64,000 bases of DNA from Candidatus Levyibacteriota bacterium (GTDB taxonomy: Bacteria > Patescibacteriota > Microgenomatia > Levybacterales > UBA12049). Within the stretch, counting starts at the first letter, position 1; each line of letters starts with the position of its first letter. The notes beneath the pieces are model-generated. The model ran no database searches, was not told the origin of the DNA, and saw only the letters and a program-made list of their open reading frames with translations. Location: contig DAIDHK010000003.1 of assembly GCA_027459725.1 (NCBI GenBank), positions 64,931-128,930 of the forward strand. Direction: 5' to 3'. Both the position numbers and the translations under genes were made by a program. Below, in pieces: positions 9,685-20,400 of this stretch.

Positions 9685-11152
9685 GACCTTTGAATCGATT
9701 ACTATTGAAAAATTGACCGAGATTCTCGGTATCACGATTAAACGGGATGAGATAAATAAACTCATTACCTTTTTAACCATGCTCTCGGCATATACAGACA
9801 GTTGTCAGCTCAATCTGTCATTTAATGCACCGTCATCATCAGGGAAAAGTTTTCTGCCTATGGAGATAGCAGCATTGTTCCCGTCAGCTGACGTAAATAA
9901 ATTCGCCTACTGCAGCCCGACAGCATTCTTCCATCAAACAGGAACACCCAATAAGGAGACAAGCGGATATATTGTCGATCTCTCACGCAAAATTCTCATT
10001 TTTCTTGATCAGCCTCATGACATGTTGCTCCAGCACTTACGCCCAATGCTCTCCCACGATGAGAAGGAAATTCATATCAAGATAACCGACAAGAGTCAAA
10101 AGATGGGACTGCGAACAAAAAACATCACTCTAATCGGATTCCCGGTTGTCATATTTTGTACCGCAGGTCTGCGAATAGACGAGCAAGAGGCGACAAGATT
10201 TATCCTTCTGTCCCCTGAGATTACACAGGAAAAGCTTCGGGAAGCGATAGAGGAACGGTTACGAAAAGAAGCAGATATTACTGCCTACCGTGGGCTGGTT
10301 GAATCCAATCCTGACAGGGTTGCATTGAAGGAACGCATTCTAGCAATCAAAGAAAAACACATTCAGGATATACGAGTTGGTTCATACGCGCTTCTGCGTG
10401 AGATGTTTGCACAAAGAGTAAAAGTGCTCAAGCCACGTCACCAACGCGACATTGGCAAAATCATCGATTTGACGAAAATACTTGCTCTGCTGAACTTTTT
10501 GCATCGCCAAGAAATAGAAGGAGCAATTTATGCAAACGATGACGACGTCAAACAGGCGTTTCACATCTGGGATAGTATTGCTGAGAGTCAAGAGCTTAAT
10601 CTGCCACCGTATATATACAACCTCTATAAGGAAGTAATCGTTCCGGCTTTTGAAGAAAAGAAAAAAGGCATAAGCGACGACCTTGGTATAAAGATCGGCC
10701 TGACTCGACAGGACATCCTCTCAAAACACTTTGCCGTGTATGGAAGATTCTTGCCTGAGATCCAATTACGACAGCAAATACTGCCAATGCTCAAAACTTC
10801 TGGTCTCATCATTGAGGAGCCGGACGATATTGATAAGCGTCGATTGATCATTTACCCCACCACCGCCTACACTATTTCTCAACCGGAAAACAATAGTGTA
10901 GTAGAGGGTGGGGTAGACGAAAAAAAGGTTGAGATGCCAATTGACCTGCAAAACATTGATAAAACGTCACCCTGGGCACAGTACATCCCACAAATTTCGC
11001 TAGAACAATATAGCAACAGCCAACTTGAGCAAGCGTTTGCCATGTTCGAGCAGTATAAAGATCAAATGACAGAATTGTTGGGATCTGAAGAAGCATATGA
11101 AAGCTTAAAACGAAAACTACTCGATGAACGGGATATACGCTCTGGCATGTAA
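9677..11152 (+). CDS. P-loop NTPase, putative replication/primase-helicase-like protein of a mobile element
   Basis: Walker A 'APSSSGKS' and Walker B 'ILIFLDQPHD'; the start overlaps the DUF5659 gene stop. Confidence 0.5.
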   Translation: MNKTFESITIEKLTEILGITIKRDEINKLITFLTMLSAYTDSCQLNLSFNAPSSSGKSFLPMEIAALFPSADVNKFAYCSPTAFFHQTGTPNKETSGYIVDLSRKILIFLDQPHDMLLQHLRPMLSHDEKEIHIKITDKSQKMGLRTKNITLIGFPVVIFCTAGLRIDEQEATRFILLSPEITQEKLREAIEERLRKEADITAYRGLVESNPDRVALKERILAIKEKHIQDIRVGSYALLREMFAQRVKVLKPRHQRDIGKIIDLTKILALLNFLHRQEIEGAIYANDDDVKQAFHIWDSIAESQELNLPPYIYNLYKEVIVPAFEEKKKGISDDLGIKIGLTRQDILSKHFAVYGRFLPEIQLRQQILPMLKTSGLIIEEPDDIDKRRLIIYPTTAYTISQPENNSVVEGGVDEKKVEMPIDLQNIDKTSPWAQYIPQISLEQYSNSQLEQAFAMFEQYKDQMTELLGSEEAYESLKRKLLDERDIRSGM

Positions 11153-11184
11153 TCAAACTGACCTATGGTTCTTAATCTTGACTA

Positions 11185-11619
11185 ATGAATGATAATAATT
11201 TCGCAAATACTATGTTTCGATACTACTTTGACCAGCGACCGATTGTTGAGAACGCACAGATGGTACGCGTCAGCACATTCGTCCGGGATCACTTGCGACA
11301 GTTCAAAAAGGTATATACCGAGTACTTCGGTAACCCACCCGACCTGTCGAACAGTAACCACATCAGCCTATTCCTCGACTGCGTGAACGGAAGAGCAAAA
11401 CTGAGCCTTAGCCAAACCATCAATGGCACAATTGAAACTTCAGAACCGAATCCTATCAAGCTGATGATTACGAACTCCAACTTGGGAAAAGGTTTTGTCT
11501 TCTGGTTTGTATGTAATAACTGTTGCCGCAAAGCTCGCATTCTCTATGTTCCGCCGTCTTCAACGACCTTTCTTTGCCGAATATGTCACATGCTGCGATA
11601 TCAGGGCAAACGCAAATAA
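11185..11619 (+). CDS. Hypothetical protein with a C-terminal 4-Cys zinc-ribbon
   Basis: 'CNNCCRK...CRICH'. Confidence 0.4.
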   Translation: MNDNNFANTMFRYYFDQRPIVENAQMVRVSTFVRDHLRQFKKVYTEYFGNPPDLSNSNHISLFLDCVNGRAKLSLSQTINGTIETSEPNPIKLMITNSNLGKGFVFWFVCNNCCRKARILYVPPSSTTFLCRICHMLRYQGKRK

Positions 11620-11631
11620 AAAACCTCTTGT

Positions 11632-11811
11632 ATGAAAGCACTTACCATATCAGACCTAAAAGAATTTCAAGAAGCTATACAAAAAGATTATGGACTAACA
11701 CTTGAAGAAACTGAGCTTCATGATGCAGCCTTCAACCTGCTTCAATATATTGAGACGTTAATTCAGTTTGACAAGGATAATAAAAAACCAGAGGGTTCTA
11801 AAGTCGTATAG
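11632..11811 (+). CDS. Small hypothetical protein (59 aa)
   Basis: ORF below the track cutoff, lying between the Zn-ribbon gene and the recombinase; no clear Shine-Dalgarno. Confidence 0.2.
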   Translation: MKALTISDLKEFQEAIQKDYGLTLEETELHDAAFNLLQYIETLIQFDKDNKKPEGSKVV

Positions 11812-11858
11812 GCGAACCCATTGATAACTGGCAATGGTCAGAACAAAATAAAATAACT

Positions 11859-13445
11859 ATGGAAGAAGCATTAACGATAAACAGAATCTCCAGTCAGCGG
11901 CAAGATGAAGGCTATTCTCTCCCACAACAGGCAAAGATGAATCGGGACAAAGCCGAAAGTGACGGCAGAAAAATAATAAAGGAGTTCAATATTATCGAAT
12001 CAGCTAAAGCGAGCGAAAAACGGGATGATTTCAACCAAATGGTCCAGTATCTTAAGTCCCACCCGAGCATACGGTATGTGTACATTGAAAAACCAGACAG
12101 GTTGACTCGCAACTTGAAAGATGCGACCTTGGCGTACGAACTCGTATATGAGTATGGTATCACCTTTATTTTTACCCGGGATAGTTTTATACTAAACAAA
12201 GATTCGAACTCACATGCAAAGTTTCAATTCGATATAAAAGCCGTGTTAGCAAAAAACTACATCGATAACTTATCAGACGAGGTCAAAAAAGGTCAGCGTG
12301 GAATGCTGGAAGAGGGAAAATGGCCAGGCGGCTCTTCACCGACAGGATACAAAAAGGAAAACAAACTACTTGTTCCCGACGAACCACGAGCTATTTTTGT
12401 CATTAAAACATTTGAATTATATGCTTCTGGCACTCATTCGTTAAAATCGCTTAAAAAAGAAATGGATAAACGAGGATTTAGTTCACAAAATAGAAAGCTG
12501 CTTACTAAAAGCAATTACTATAATATTCTCATCAACCCGATTTACTATGGCATGATGCGCTGGAATGGACGCTTCTATCAAGGGACACATCAACCACTTA
12601 TCGACAAAATGTTATTTGACAAAGTACAAGATATGCTCGCTCGTACCAAAAACGGCGAACTGATCCCCGTCTACGCCAAGCATGATCTAACCTATCGGGG
12701 AGTGCTCCAATGCGGCGAATGTGGCTGTAAAATCACTGCCGAGGAAAAAACAAAGACAAATAAAGGTAACGGCAAGATACATCACTGGACGTACTATCAT
12801 TGTACCCATTACAAACCCTGCTTACAAAAAGGTTGTGTACGCGAGGAGGAGATTGATTCACAAATCATTGCCTTGTTGAAAAACATATCACTAGGAACGC
12901 ATACGACGGAATGGCTGAAGAAACGACTGAAAGAGAGTCATCAGGACGAGATCGACTTCAGGAATCATCAGCTAACAGCTCTTAACACACAGCTTAATCA
13001 AGTTCTGGGAAGATTGGATAAGGTCTATGACGACAAACTCGACGGAGTGATTGATGAACTCACATACCACAGAAAACGGGAACAGTTTCTTGCAGAACGA
13101 TCAGATATTGAGACACAAATCAAACGAGACATGGTCTCTGATGATAAATATGTTGATTTTGGCTGCTTAGTATTAGATGTGGCAAACAGAGCTTCGGAGA
13201 TTTATCAGGTTCGAAAGTCGGACGAAAAGCGGTATCTTCTTAGTTTTGTATTTTCGAACCTCTTTTTACAGGACAAAGCAATCAAATTTAGATTCAAAAC
13301 TATCTTTGAAACAGTGTTACAGTACCAAGAAACAAGAAATGTGCTCCCCTTAATAGATATATTTAGGAAAGAAGAAATGCAAATAGATATTAGCTTGACT
13401 AATATAAAAACAATTTACGAAACCTTTAATATTGCCTTATATTAG
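11859..13445 (+). CDS. Large serine recombinase (integrase type)
   Basis: N-terminal resolvase domain with catalytic Ser context 'RISSQRQDEG'; zinc-ribbon 'CGECGC...YYHCTHY'; coiled-coil C-terminus; 528 aa. Confidence 0.85.
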   Translation: MEEALTINRISSQRQDEGYSLPQQAKMNRDKAESDGRKIIKEFNIIESAKASEKRDDFNQMVQYLKSHPSIRYVYIEKPDRLTRNLKDATLAYELVYEYGITFIFTRDSFILNKDSNSHAKFQFDIKAVLAKNYIDNLSDEVKKGQRGMLEEGKWPGGSSPTGYKKENKLLVPDEPRAIFVIKTFELYASGTHSLKSLKKEMDKRGFSSQNRKLLTKSNYYNILINPIYYGMMRWNGRFYQGTHQPLIDKMLFDKVQDMLARTKNGELIPVYAKHDLTYRGVLQCGECGCKITAEEKTKTNKGNGKIHHWTYYHCTHYKPCLQKGCVREEEIDSQIIALLKNISLGTHTTEWLKKRLKESHQDEIDFRNHQLTALNTQLNQVLGRLDKVYDDKLDGVIDELTYHRKREQFLAERSDIETQIKRDMVSDDKYVDFGCLVLDVANRASEIYQVRKSDEKRYLLSFVFSNLFLQDKAIKFRFKTIFETVLQYQETRNVLPLIDIFRKEEMQIDISLTNIKTIYETFNIALY

Positions 13446-13801
13446 ATACTTGAGTTTGAAGCAAGAATATGTGCGTTATGCACTACGTTTCCATTTATTT
13501 TTTCATCTTCACTAATTACAGCTCCTTCTTTATATTTTAAGAGCTCTTGAACAATGTGTTCAGTCTTAGGGAAAATCCCTAGCCTAGCAATTGTTGCCAT
13601 TTCCTCTGGCGTAAATGTTTGTATCAATAAAGCTCGAACCAGTGTGAAAATTTCATTTTTTGTTGTAGCATTTATCCAAGGAGCCGAAACAAGAACTGTC
13701 CATTTATCAGTAAATTCGTCCATTTTGAGAATGGCAAATAAATTAACTTCGCCTTTTTGTGTTCTTAATGTTGCCAGTATTTGTTTGAATTTTTCTACCA
13801 T
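13442..13801 (-). CDS. Hypothetical protein; start overlaps the stop of 13795-14244
   Basis: 119-aa ORF in a two-gene overlapping minus-strand operon. Confidence 0.4.
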   Translation of the reverse strand: MVEKFKQILATLRTQKGEVNLFAILKMDEFTDKWTVLVSAPWINATTKNEIFTLVRALLIQTFTPEEMATIARLGIFPKTEHIVQELLKYKEGAVISEDEKINGNVVHNAHILASNSSI

Positions 13802-14244
13802 TTTTTCCTTTCTTTTATTACTGTTAATATGCCATGCATTGGTTCAGTTAGATTTTGATGAAGACCTTCTACTGTTAGCTTATTCCAAACTGTTTTTGCA
13901 TCATATCTCATAGCTGGCCATTCACCTGGGTATTTCAATGTAAAATCAGACCAGTTTTCCCACGCTTCCTTAGGGCCTCTTGAACTAAAGATATTTTCTA
14001 AACCAGATACAATTAACAATTGCTCAAAGCGATGCGTCATGAAGTATGAATTTATCTTATCATTTTTCGTATTCTCTGGATATGTAACTAGATGCAACAC
14101 CTTGCATGTCGCTGCTTTCAAAGCACACTCTAATACATAACCTAGCATATACGCTGCTCCATGCCAATCATTTACTGACATAAGCGTTTCTGCACTTTTC
14201 AGCCTTGCTTTAGCAATCTTTCTTAATTCAGGACAGTTAGCCAT
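13795..14244 (-). CDS. Hypothetical protein (weak HEPN-like alpha-helical appearance, unconfirmed)
   Basis: 149-aa ORF; no clean Rx4-6H motif, so no family is assigned. Confidence 0.4.
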   Translation of the reverse strand: MANCPELRKIAKARLKSAETLMSVNDWHGAAYMLGYVLECALKAATCKVLHLVTYPENTKNDKINSYFMTHRFEQLLIVSGLENIFSSRGPKEAWENWSDFTLKYPGEWPAMRYDAKTVWNKLTVEGLHQNLTEPMHGILTVIKERKKW

Positions 14245-14516
14245 GGCTGAATTATACCATGCCCTTTAAGACAGGTTAATTTTCTTTTATATGATGACTA
14301 AATTAGCGATGTAATAATAAGGTAATAGTAAATGTAGAAGCCTAAGCAATTAATTCTCTCAAACAGAAATGAGATCTTATAATTTTTCTATCAATCTTTT
14401 GCTCATCAGTCAAATTTTTAGCTTGTTCACCAAGAATTTTTCTTGCTTTCTTCATATCCCTGCTCTTGAGTATACGTTACTCGAGCACTATAATGTAGCC
14501 GAAGATGTAATGAATT

Positions 14517-15620
14517 ATGATGAGTGGTAAAGAACAGATTTATTTCCTCATAGACGCAATTGATGACATAAGGACTATAACCCCTTCTGGTCGACCTTTG
14601 ATAATAGACCCAACAAATAAACTTAACCGTAACTATACAGATATTGAGTTAATGCAATTATTTACTAAACTGGAAAAAGACAAACAGATATTAAAGGTAT
14701 TAAAAATTCCACATAGGATAAAACAAACTGATATTGTTGAAAGACTTTACCCCTACGGCTATGCGGATGATGGCTGTTATCATATAGAACTACTTCCCGT
14801 CTTTGATGAATACTTTCACAATATGCAGAATGAGCCAGAGTATCAAGAATTTACAGGATATATACCTCCTGCAAAACAAGCTCAATCAAACGAATCACGA
14901 ATTGAAACTTTATATGAGAAAATAGCTGAGGTAGATGAGCAAATTAAAATAAGAAGAGAAGCATGGGCTAATGCTCAAGATACCATTAACAAGAACCCTT
15001 TTTATGCAGAAGCGACACGTGTTGGAAATCTTGCAAAACTTGAGCAACAGGCACAAACAGATATAGGAAATTTTATTAAGCAGAAAGAAACCTACCTAGA
15101 CGAAATCAGTTTGAGACAAGGAATACCTTTATCAAGAAATTCACAGACACAACAAGAAACTAATACACTTGCAAATCAATATGATCAACTTCTCAAAGAA
15201 GTAATGGAGCCAAATAACCCTACTCTTGATAGGAGGTATAATCAAGCTCTAAAAGAAATTAAATCTAGCCAACACATAATTAAACCTCAAACTGCACCAA
15301 GAGCAAATGATGTGAACTCATTCACTCTTACTGAAAACGTTTTATCTATCAACGGAAAAACGATAAAATTCAAAAAAGATGCAAGAACACTAGTATTACT
15401 AAAATCATTAGTAAAAAAGTCAAAAGGAATCTACTTTAGCGAGGAAGCAAAGAAACTTGAAGGAGCGATCGTAGACGATAATAAAGACCCCAAAGACATC
15501 TACTATGAAGTTTGCAGAGGAATTGAGAACAGATTAGCTAAAATGGGCATCACGAATTTTCTTGAATATGATTATAACCAAGCGAAAATAAATCCTCGGT
15601 ATAAAAATTTATCTAAATAG
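14517..15620 (+). CDS. Hypothetical coiled-coil protein with a possible C-terminal winged-helix
   Basis: 367-aa ORF with a Q/E-rich central region. Confidence 0.45.
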   Translation: MMSGKEQIYFLIDAIDDIRTITPSGRPLIIDPTNKLNRNYTDIELMQLFTKLEKDKQILKVLKIPHRIKQTDIVERLYPYGYADDGCYHIELLPVFDEYFHNMQNEPEYQEFTGYIPPAKQAQSNESRIETLYEKIAEVDEQIKIRREAWANAQDTINKNPFYAEATRVGNLAKLEQQAQTDIGNFIKQKETYLDEISLRQGIPLSRNSQTQQETNTLANQYDQLLKEVMEPNNPTLDRRYNQALKEIKSSQHIIKPQTAPRANDVNSFTLTENVLSINGKTIKFKKDARTLVLLKSLVKKSKGIYFSEEAKKLEGAIVDDNKDPKDIYYEVCRGIENRLAKMGITNFLEYDYNQAKINPRYKNLSK

Positions 15621-15685
15621 CCTCATTCTTCCGTATACGGAACGTAAACAGTTGGGTACGATTTCTCTTGTCTACACTCTGTTTA

Positions 15686-15826
15686 ATGACAACAAAAAAT
15701 GACAGTCAAAAACTAAAAACATTTCTCGAGCAGGTATATGGGAAAGAACTATCTGAAGCTGAAATTCAGGAATATAAAAACCGCTTAGTAAAACTCTTTG
15801 GTCTTTTTGTGACTATTGATAAATGA
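15686..15826 (+). CDS. Small hypothetical protein (46 aa); its stop overlaps the next ATG
   Basis: Short ORF 'MTTKNDSQKLKTFLEQVYGKELSEAEIQEYKNRLVKLFGLFVTIDK', below the track cutoff. Confidence 0.2.
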   Translation: MTTKNDSQKLKTFLEQVYGKELSEAEIQEYKNRLVKLFGLFVTIDK

Positions 15827-15849
15827 ACAAACAAGAAAAAGTAACGAAC

Positions 15850-16140
15850 ATGAAGATTTCAGAAATCCAAATTATACCTATAAAACCACAAAATGGTTTA
15901 GTAGGCTTTGCCAGCTTTGTTTTAGACAACAATATTTACCTAAGCTCCATTGGTATTATTACTCGGCCTGAAGGTGGTTATAGACTTCTTTATCCAACCA
16001 AAAAAGTCGGAATTAAAAATATTAACATCTATTATCCAATAAATAAGTCCTTTGCTACCTGTATTGAAAAGGGGGTCATCGATCAGTTTGAAAATGTAAT
16101 GAAAAAATATGATAGACACGATGAAACTGACATTAGATAG
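15850..16140 (+). CDS. spoVG: SpoVG-family nucleic-acid-binding protein
   Basis: 'MKISEIQIIPIKPQNGLVGFASFVLDNNIYLSSIGII...' matches the SpoVG N-terminal consensus; start placed at the internal Met. Confidence 0.55.
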   Translation: MKISEIQIIPIKPQNGLVGFASFVLDNNIYLSSIGIITRPEGGYRLLYPTKKVGIKNINIYYPINKSFATCIEKGVIDQFENVMKKYDRHDETDIR

Positions 16141-17245
16141 AAGCATGATCGCATTGATTGATAAAGATCTATTTCAAAAAGAAACACAGAATGCCTCACG
16201 AGGCTACTTTACACTCGTGCAAAATCCTACAAAATCAGAGCTACAGAATGGTATTTATAAACCTCGTCTAACACTTACAAAGAGATTTAATACATCAGGA
16301 CAACGAGGGCTGACACTGGCAATAGAGTTTTCTGCTCCAAAATTACTTTATGGTAATAACTTTGATGAGCTTGTGAACAGCGACTTCAATACTGTTATTT
16401 ATAAATTGGAAGAAGTATTAAAAAAAATGGGTGTAAGAGTGTTCCATGAATTACTTTTAGTCGCGCCTGTCTCAGCAATTCACTATTCTAAAAATATCCC
16501 TCTTACCGATGGTACTACGCCTCACTACCTTATTAGCAAGATAAAAGAAGCAAATATATCACTTGCTCTTGACGTAAACCAAACCGATTATAGAAATGAT
16601 GGACACAGCTATAAATGGCATGCTAACTCATATGAAGTAGCGTTTTACGACAAAATCAAAGACCTTGAAGCAGCAAAGAAAAGTAATAAACGAGCAATTG
16701 AAAAAGATAATGCGCTCCAGCTTCACTTGTTTGAAGACTTACAAAGAAAACGTTTAGAAATATTTCGGATGGAAGTACGACTCAACAGTAGACAAAAAAT
16801 GAAACAGTTATTTCCAAATCTGGGCATTGAAACAAAATTAACTTTTCAAAGTTTATTTACAGCTCAAATTTCTCAAAAAGTACTTTTGTATTATCTTTCA
16901 GAACTAGAAAAACGAAGACCGAAAATCATAGATTATCAAACTAAAAGATCTAAAGCTCTTTTGGCAGATATTATAGTTAATAATCCCACTCTTGGAGCAC
17001 AAAAAACTCTACAACTATTTGGTCTCAAACAAGCTATTGATGCCATTACTCCCCGTGAATTACGAGCTATGTTCGGAAATCAAAGCACTAGAAGCTGGTA
17101 TCGATTAATTACTGATGCTAAAACAGTTAAACTACCAGCCACACAAAGTCCGTTTCGCATAGTTCGTGAACGTTTGAATAAATTTGAGCCTCTTAAACTA
17201 GTTGACTTTCAAGACAAAATGATAAACAATGATAAATATAATTAG
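16109..17245 (+). CDS. Hypothetical protein, possibly a Rep_trans-like replication initiator/relaxase of an integrative mobilizable element
   Basis: 378 aa, located just upstream of the excisionase-like HTH gene; Tyr-containing stretch 'HANSYEVAFYDK'. The functional assignment is inference only. Confidence 0.3.
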   Translation: MIDTMKLTLDRSMIALIDKDLFQKETQNASRGYFTLVQNPTKSELQNGIYKPRLTLTKRFNTSGQRGLTLAIEFSAPKLLYGNNFDELVNSDFNTVIYKLEEVLKKMGVRVFHELLLVAPVSAIHYSKNIPLTDGTTPHYLISKIKEANISLALDVNQTDYRNDGHSYKWHANSYEVAFYDKIKDLEAAKKSNKRAIEKDNALQLHLFEDLQRKRLEIFRMEVRLNSRQKMKQLFPNLGIETKLTFQSLFTAQISQKVLLYYLSELEKRRPKIIDYQTKRSKALLADIIVNNPTLGAQKTLQLFGLKQAIDAITPRELRAMFGNQSTRSWYRLITDAKTVKLPATQSPFRIVRERLNKFEPLKLVDFQDKMINNDKYN

Positions 17246-17420
17246 TATGTCAGAAGAACAATATTACTCTATTGAAGAAGTAGCAAAGATGCTAAAAGTA
17301 GCTTATTTAACTGTCTATCGATGGATACAAGCAAAGAGACTCATTGCTTTAAAAGCTGGTAAACAATATAGAGTTACAAAAAAAGATCTAGATGCTTTTC
17401 TCAATAGTTACAAGGGATAA
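17229..17420 (+). CDS. Excisionase-family/MerR-like HTH DNA-binding protein (putative Xis or recombination directionality factor)
   Basis: 'YSIEEVAKMLKVAYLTVYRWIQAKRLIALKAGKQYRV' resembles the excisionase-type HTH_17 domain. Confidence 0.6.
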   Translation: MINIISMSEEQYYSIEEVAKMLKVAYLTVYRWIQAKRLIALKAGKQYRVTKKDLDAFLNSYKG

Positions 17421-17426
17421 ATCGTT

Positions 17427-20400
17427 ATGAACTTAATAAACAAAAGACTATTAGCTCAAAAGATAGAATCGTTTGAGTTTCCAACAGGAGAAAAACAAGT
17501 ATTATCAAAGAAGCTTATTAATGGCTGGCAAAAAGCATTAAAGGATAGTGATTTAGAAAAAACAAAAGAAAAAACAGTACAGGGCAAATTTCTTAATACT
17601 TTCTTTGAAGAAATTTTAGGATATACGGATGTAACAATTGGACAAAACGAATGGACTTTAATTCAACACCCCAGAATTGAAAATGACAGCATGGAACCTG
17701 ATGGCAGTCTAGGATGGTTTACAAAAGACCAAAAGCTCACACGAGCTGTTATTGAATTAAAAGACGCTAAGACTCCTTTAGACAAGAAACAACTAAGTCG
17801 AGTTGGAAAGTATACACCTATAGAACAAGCCTACCTTTATGCAACAAAATATGAAGGATGCAACTGGATTATTGTTTCTAACTTTAAAGAAATAAGACTT
17901 TATAATAAGCAGAAAACACAAGAATATTACGAAAAGTTTGATGTTCTAGATTTAAATAATGAATCAGAATTTAAACGTTTTTATTATTTGTTTTCTAAAG
18001 AAAACTTTCTATCGAAGGATAAAGAAAGTACCATAGACATCTTAGCAAAGGACACGACTGTTGAAGAACAAAATATTACTAAAAAGTTTTACTCTGAATT
18101 TAAACAAATTAGACTAGATTTATTAAATCATCTCGTAAACCATAATCCTACGTTATCAAAAGATGTTTTGTTAGAAAAAACTCAGAAACTTTTAGATAGA
18201 TTTATATTTACACTTGTGTGTGAAGATACAAGTAGTTTACTTCCCCTTAATATAGTTAAGGATACGTATGAACGAGCAATAAATTCCTTCTCACCTACCG
18301 ACGAGCGTGTATGGACTGAATTTAAAGGATTATTTCTTGCAATAGATAAAGGTAACAGTAGAGTAAAACCTCCTATTAACGCATATAATGGAGGGCTGTT
18401 TGCTTTTGATAATGTTCTAGACAATTTAAAAATAAAAGACGATATATGGGAGCAATTAATCGAGCTTGCGAAATATGACTTTGAGACTGATCTTAATGTG
18501 AATATTTTAGGTCATATTTTTGAACAAAGCATCTCAGATTTAGAATCAATTAAAGAGACAATCACTTTGGGGCTTGAAAACGGAGGTAGTTTGCTAACTG
18601 AAGATGGTAATAAAATTGAGATAGGATCAAAAGAGACTACTAAGGAAAAAGTTGGCAAACGCAAAAAGGATGGTATCTTTTATACGCCTGAATATATAAC
18701 TCGATATATTGTTGAAAATACAGTAGGAAAATATTTAGAGGAACACCCTGATAAGTTAGAAACAATAAAAGTACTCGATCCAGCTTGCGGAAGCGGAGCA
18801 TTTTTAAATCAGGCTCATTCATTCCTTTTTAAAGAACATCGAAATAGATATGAAGCTAAAATAAACGAGAAGTTAGAAAGAAAAGAAAATCTTACATTGT
18901 TTGACTACAACCCAGCAGAAGCAGATAGAAGTATTCTGTTAAATAATCTTTATGGTGTGGATCTAAACATAGAGAGCGTAGATATTACTAAACTTGCCTT
19001 ATGGCTGAAAACTGCAAGAAGAACTGAACCACTACAAAGTCTTGATAAAAACATTAAATGTGGCAATTCTCTTATTGATGACGCTACTATAGCAGGTAAG
19101 CACGCTTTTACTTGGAAGAATGAATTTAAGGATATACTCGAATCTGGTGGGTTTGATGTAATCATTGGAAACCCTCCTTATGTATTTGGAAGAGAAAAAT
19201 TTAGTGAAATTGAAAAAACTTACTATAGCCAAGCCTATAATTCATTTGAATATCAAACAAATCTTTTTATATTATTTATCGAGCAGGCTATACGATTACT
19301 CAAATCTCAAGGCTATCTAGGCTTTATCATTCCAAACTCACTCCTAAAAATTTCATCCGCTAAAAAACTTAGAAAGTACCTTTTTGAACATGGTGCTGTA
19401 AAAAACATCATTAATCTTTATGGTGTGACGTTTGAAGATGCAAGTGTTGAAACAGTCATTCTAATTTTCCAAAAAAATGTCGAGCAATCGGACGTAAAAA
19501 TCTTAAATGTGTATGAAGAAAATGATATTACACTACAAAAGTATAAAATTGTTGATGGTATAAAATGGAAACAGAATATAAATTCTGACTTTGACGTATT
19601 TATAAATATAAATGACGAAAAAATTCTTCAAAAAATGCATACTCATACACATCATTTAGAAGTCAGTTTTGATGTTAAGGCAGGTTTACAAGCGTACGAA
19701 AAAGGGAAAGGTATACCGATTCAAACAGCAGAAGATGTCATAAACCGACCTTATGACTTCCAAACAAAAGTAGACGAAAATACTTATCCCTATTTAGATG
19801 GAGTAAACATTGTTCGCTATTATCAAAACGGCTATGCCTATTGGTTGCGATACGGAGAACAATTAGCCGCACCTAGAACTTTTGATATTTTTGAAAGACC
19901 AAGATTACTAGTAAGAGAAATTACTTCAAATTTTCCAAGAGCAATTATTGCTACTTATTTAGATGAAATTTACTTAAACAATAGAAGCATAATCAATATC
20001 CTTTCTCCCCAAAATGATCCTAAATCCTTAAAGGCACTATTGGCAGTGCTAAACAGTTCTTTAATTTCTTATTATTTTGAGAAGACCAATCCCAAGGCAA
20101 ATCGGAAAATGTTTCCCAAAATTATATTACAAGACTTAAGAAAATTTCCTATTCCTCCTATTAACGATAAAGAAAAAGAACTTCTTGCTGAAAAAGTTGA
20201 CATAATGATTGACCTTAATAAAAAATTTTACAAAGCTACTTATGAAGCAATTTTATTCCTTAAAGAAGAATATTCCATCAATAAAATATCATCTAAATTA
20301 GAAACTTTCTATATGCTTGGTTGGAATGAATTTTTTCAAGAACTTGAAAAATCTAAAATAAAGTTAAATATTACTAAAAAAGAAGAATTACATTCTTGGT

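Noticed and set aside
9391-9780. 129-aa minus-strand ORF
   Set aside because: Antisense to a plus-strand ORF with a recognisable DUF5659 pattern and a coupled downstream gene. Composition is not protein-like
10382-11156. Several 60-94-aa minus-strand ORFs inside the P-loop NTPase gene
   Set aside because: Fully antisense to a long ORF with Walker motifs; typical shadow ORFs
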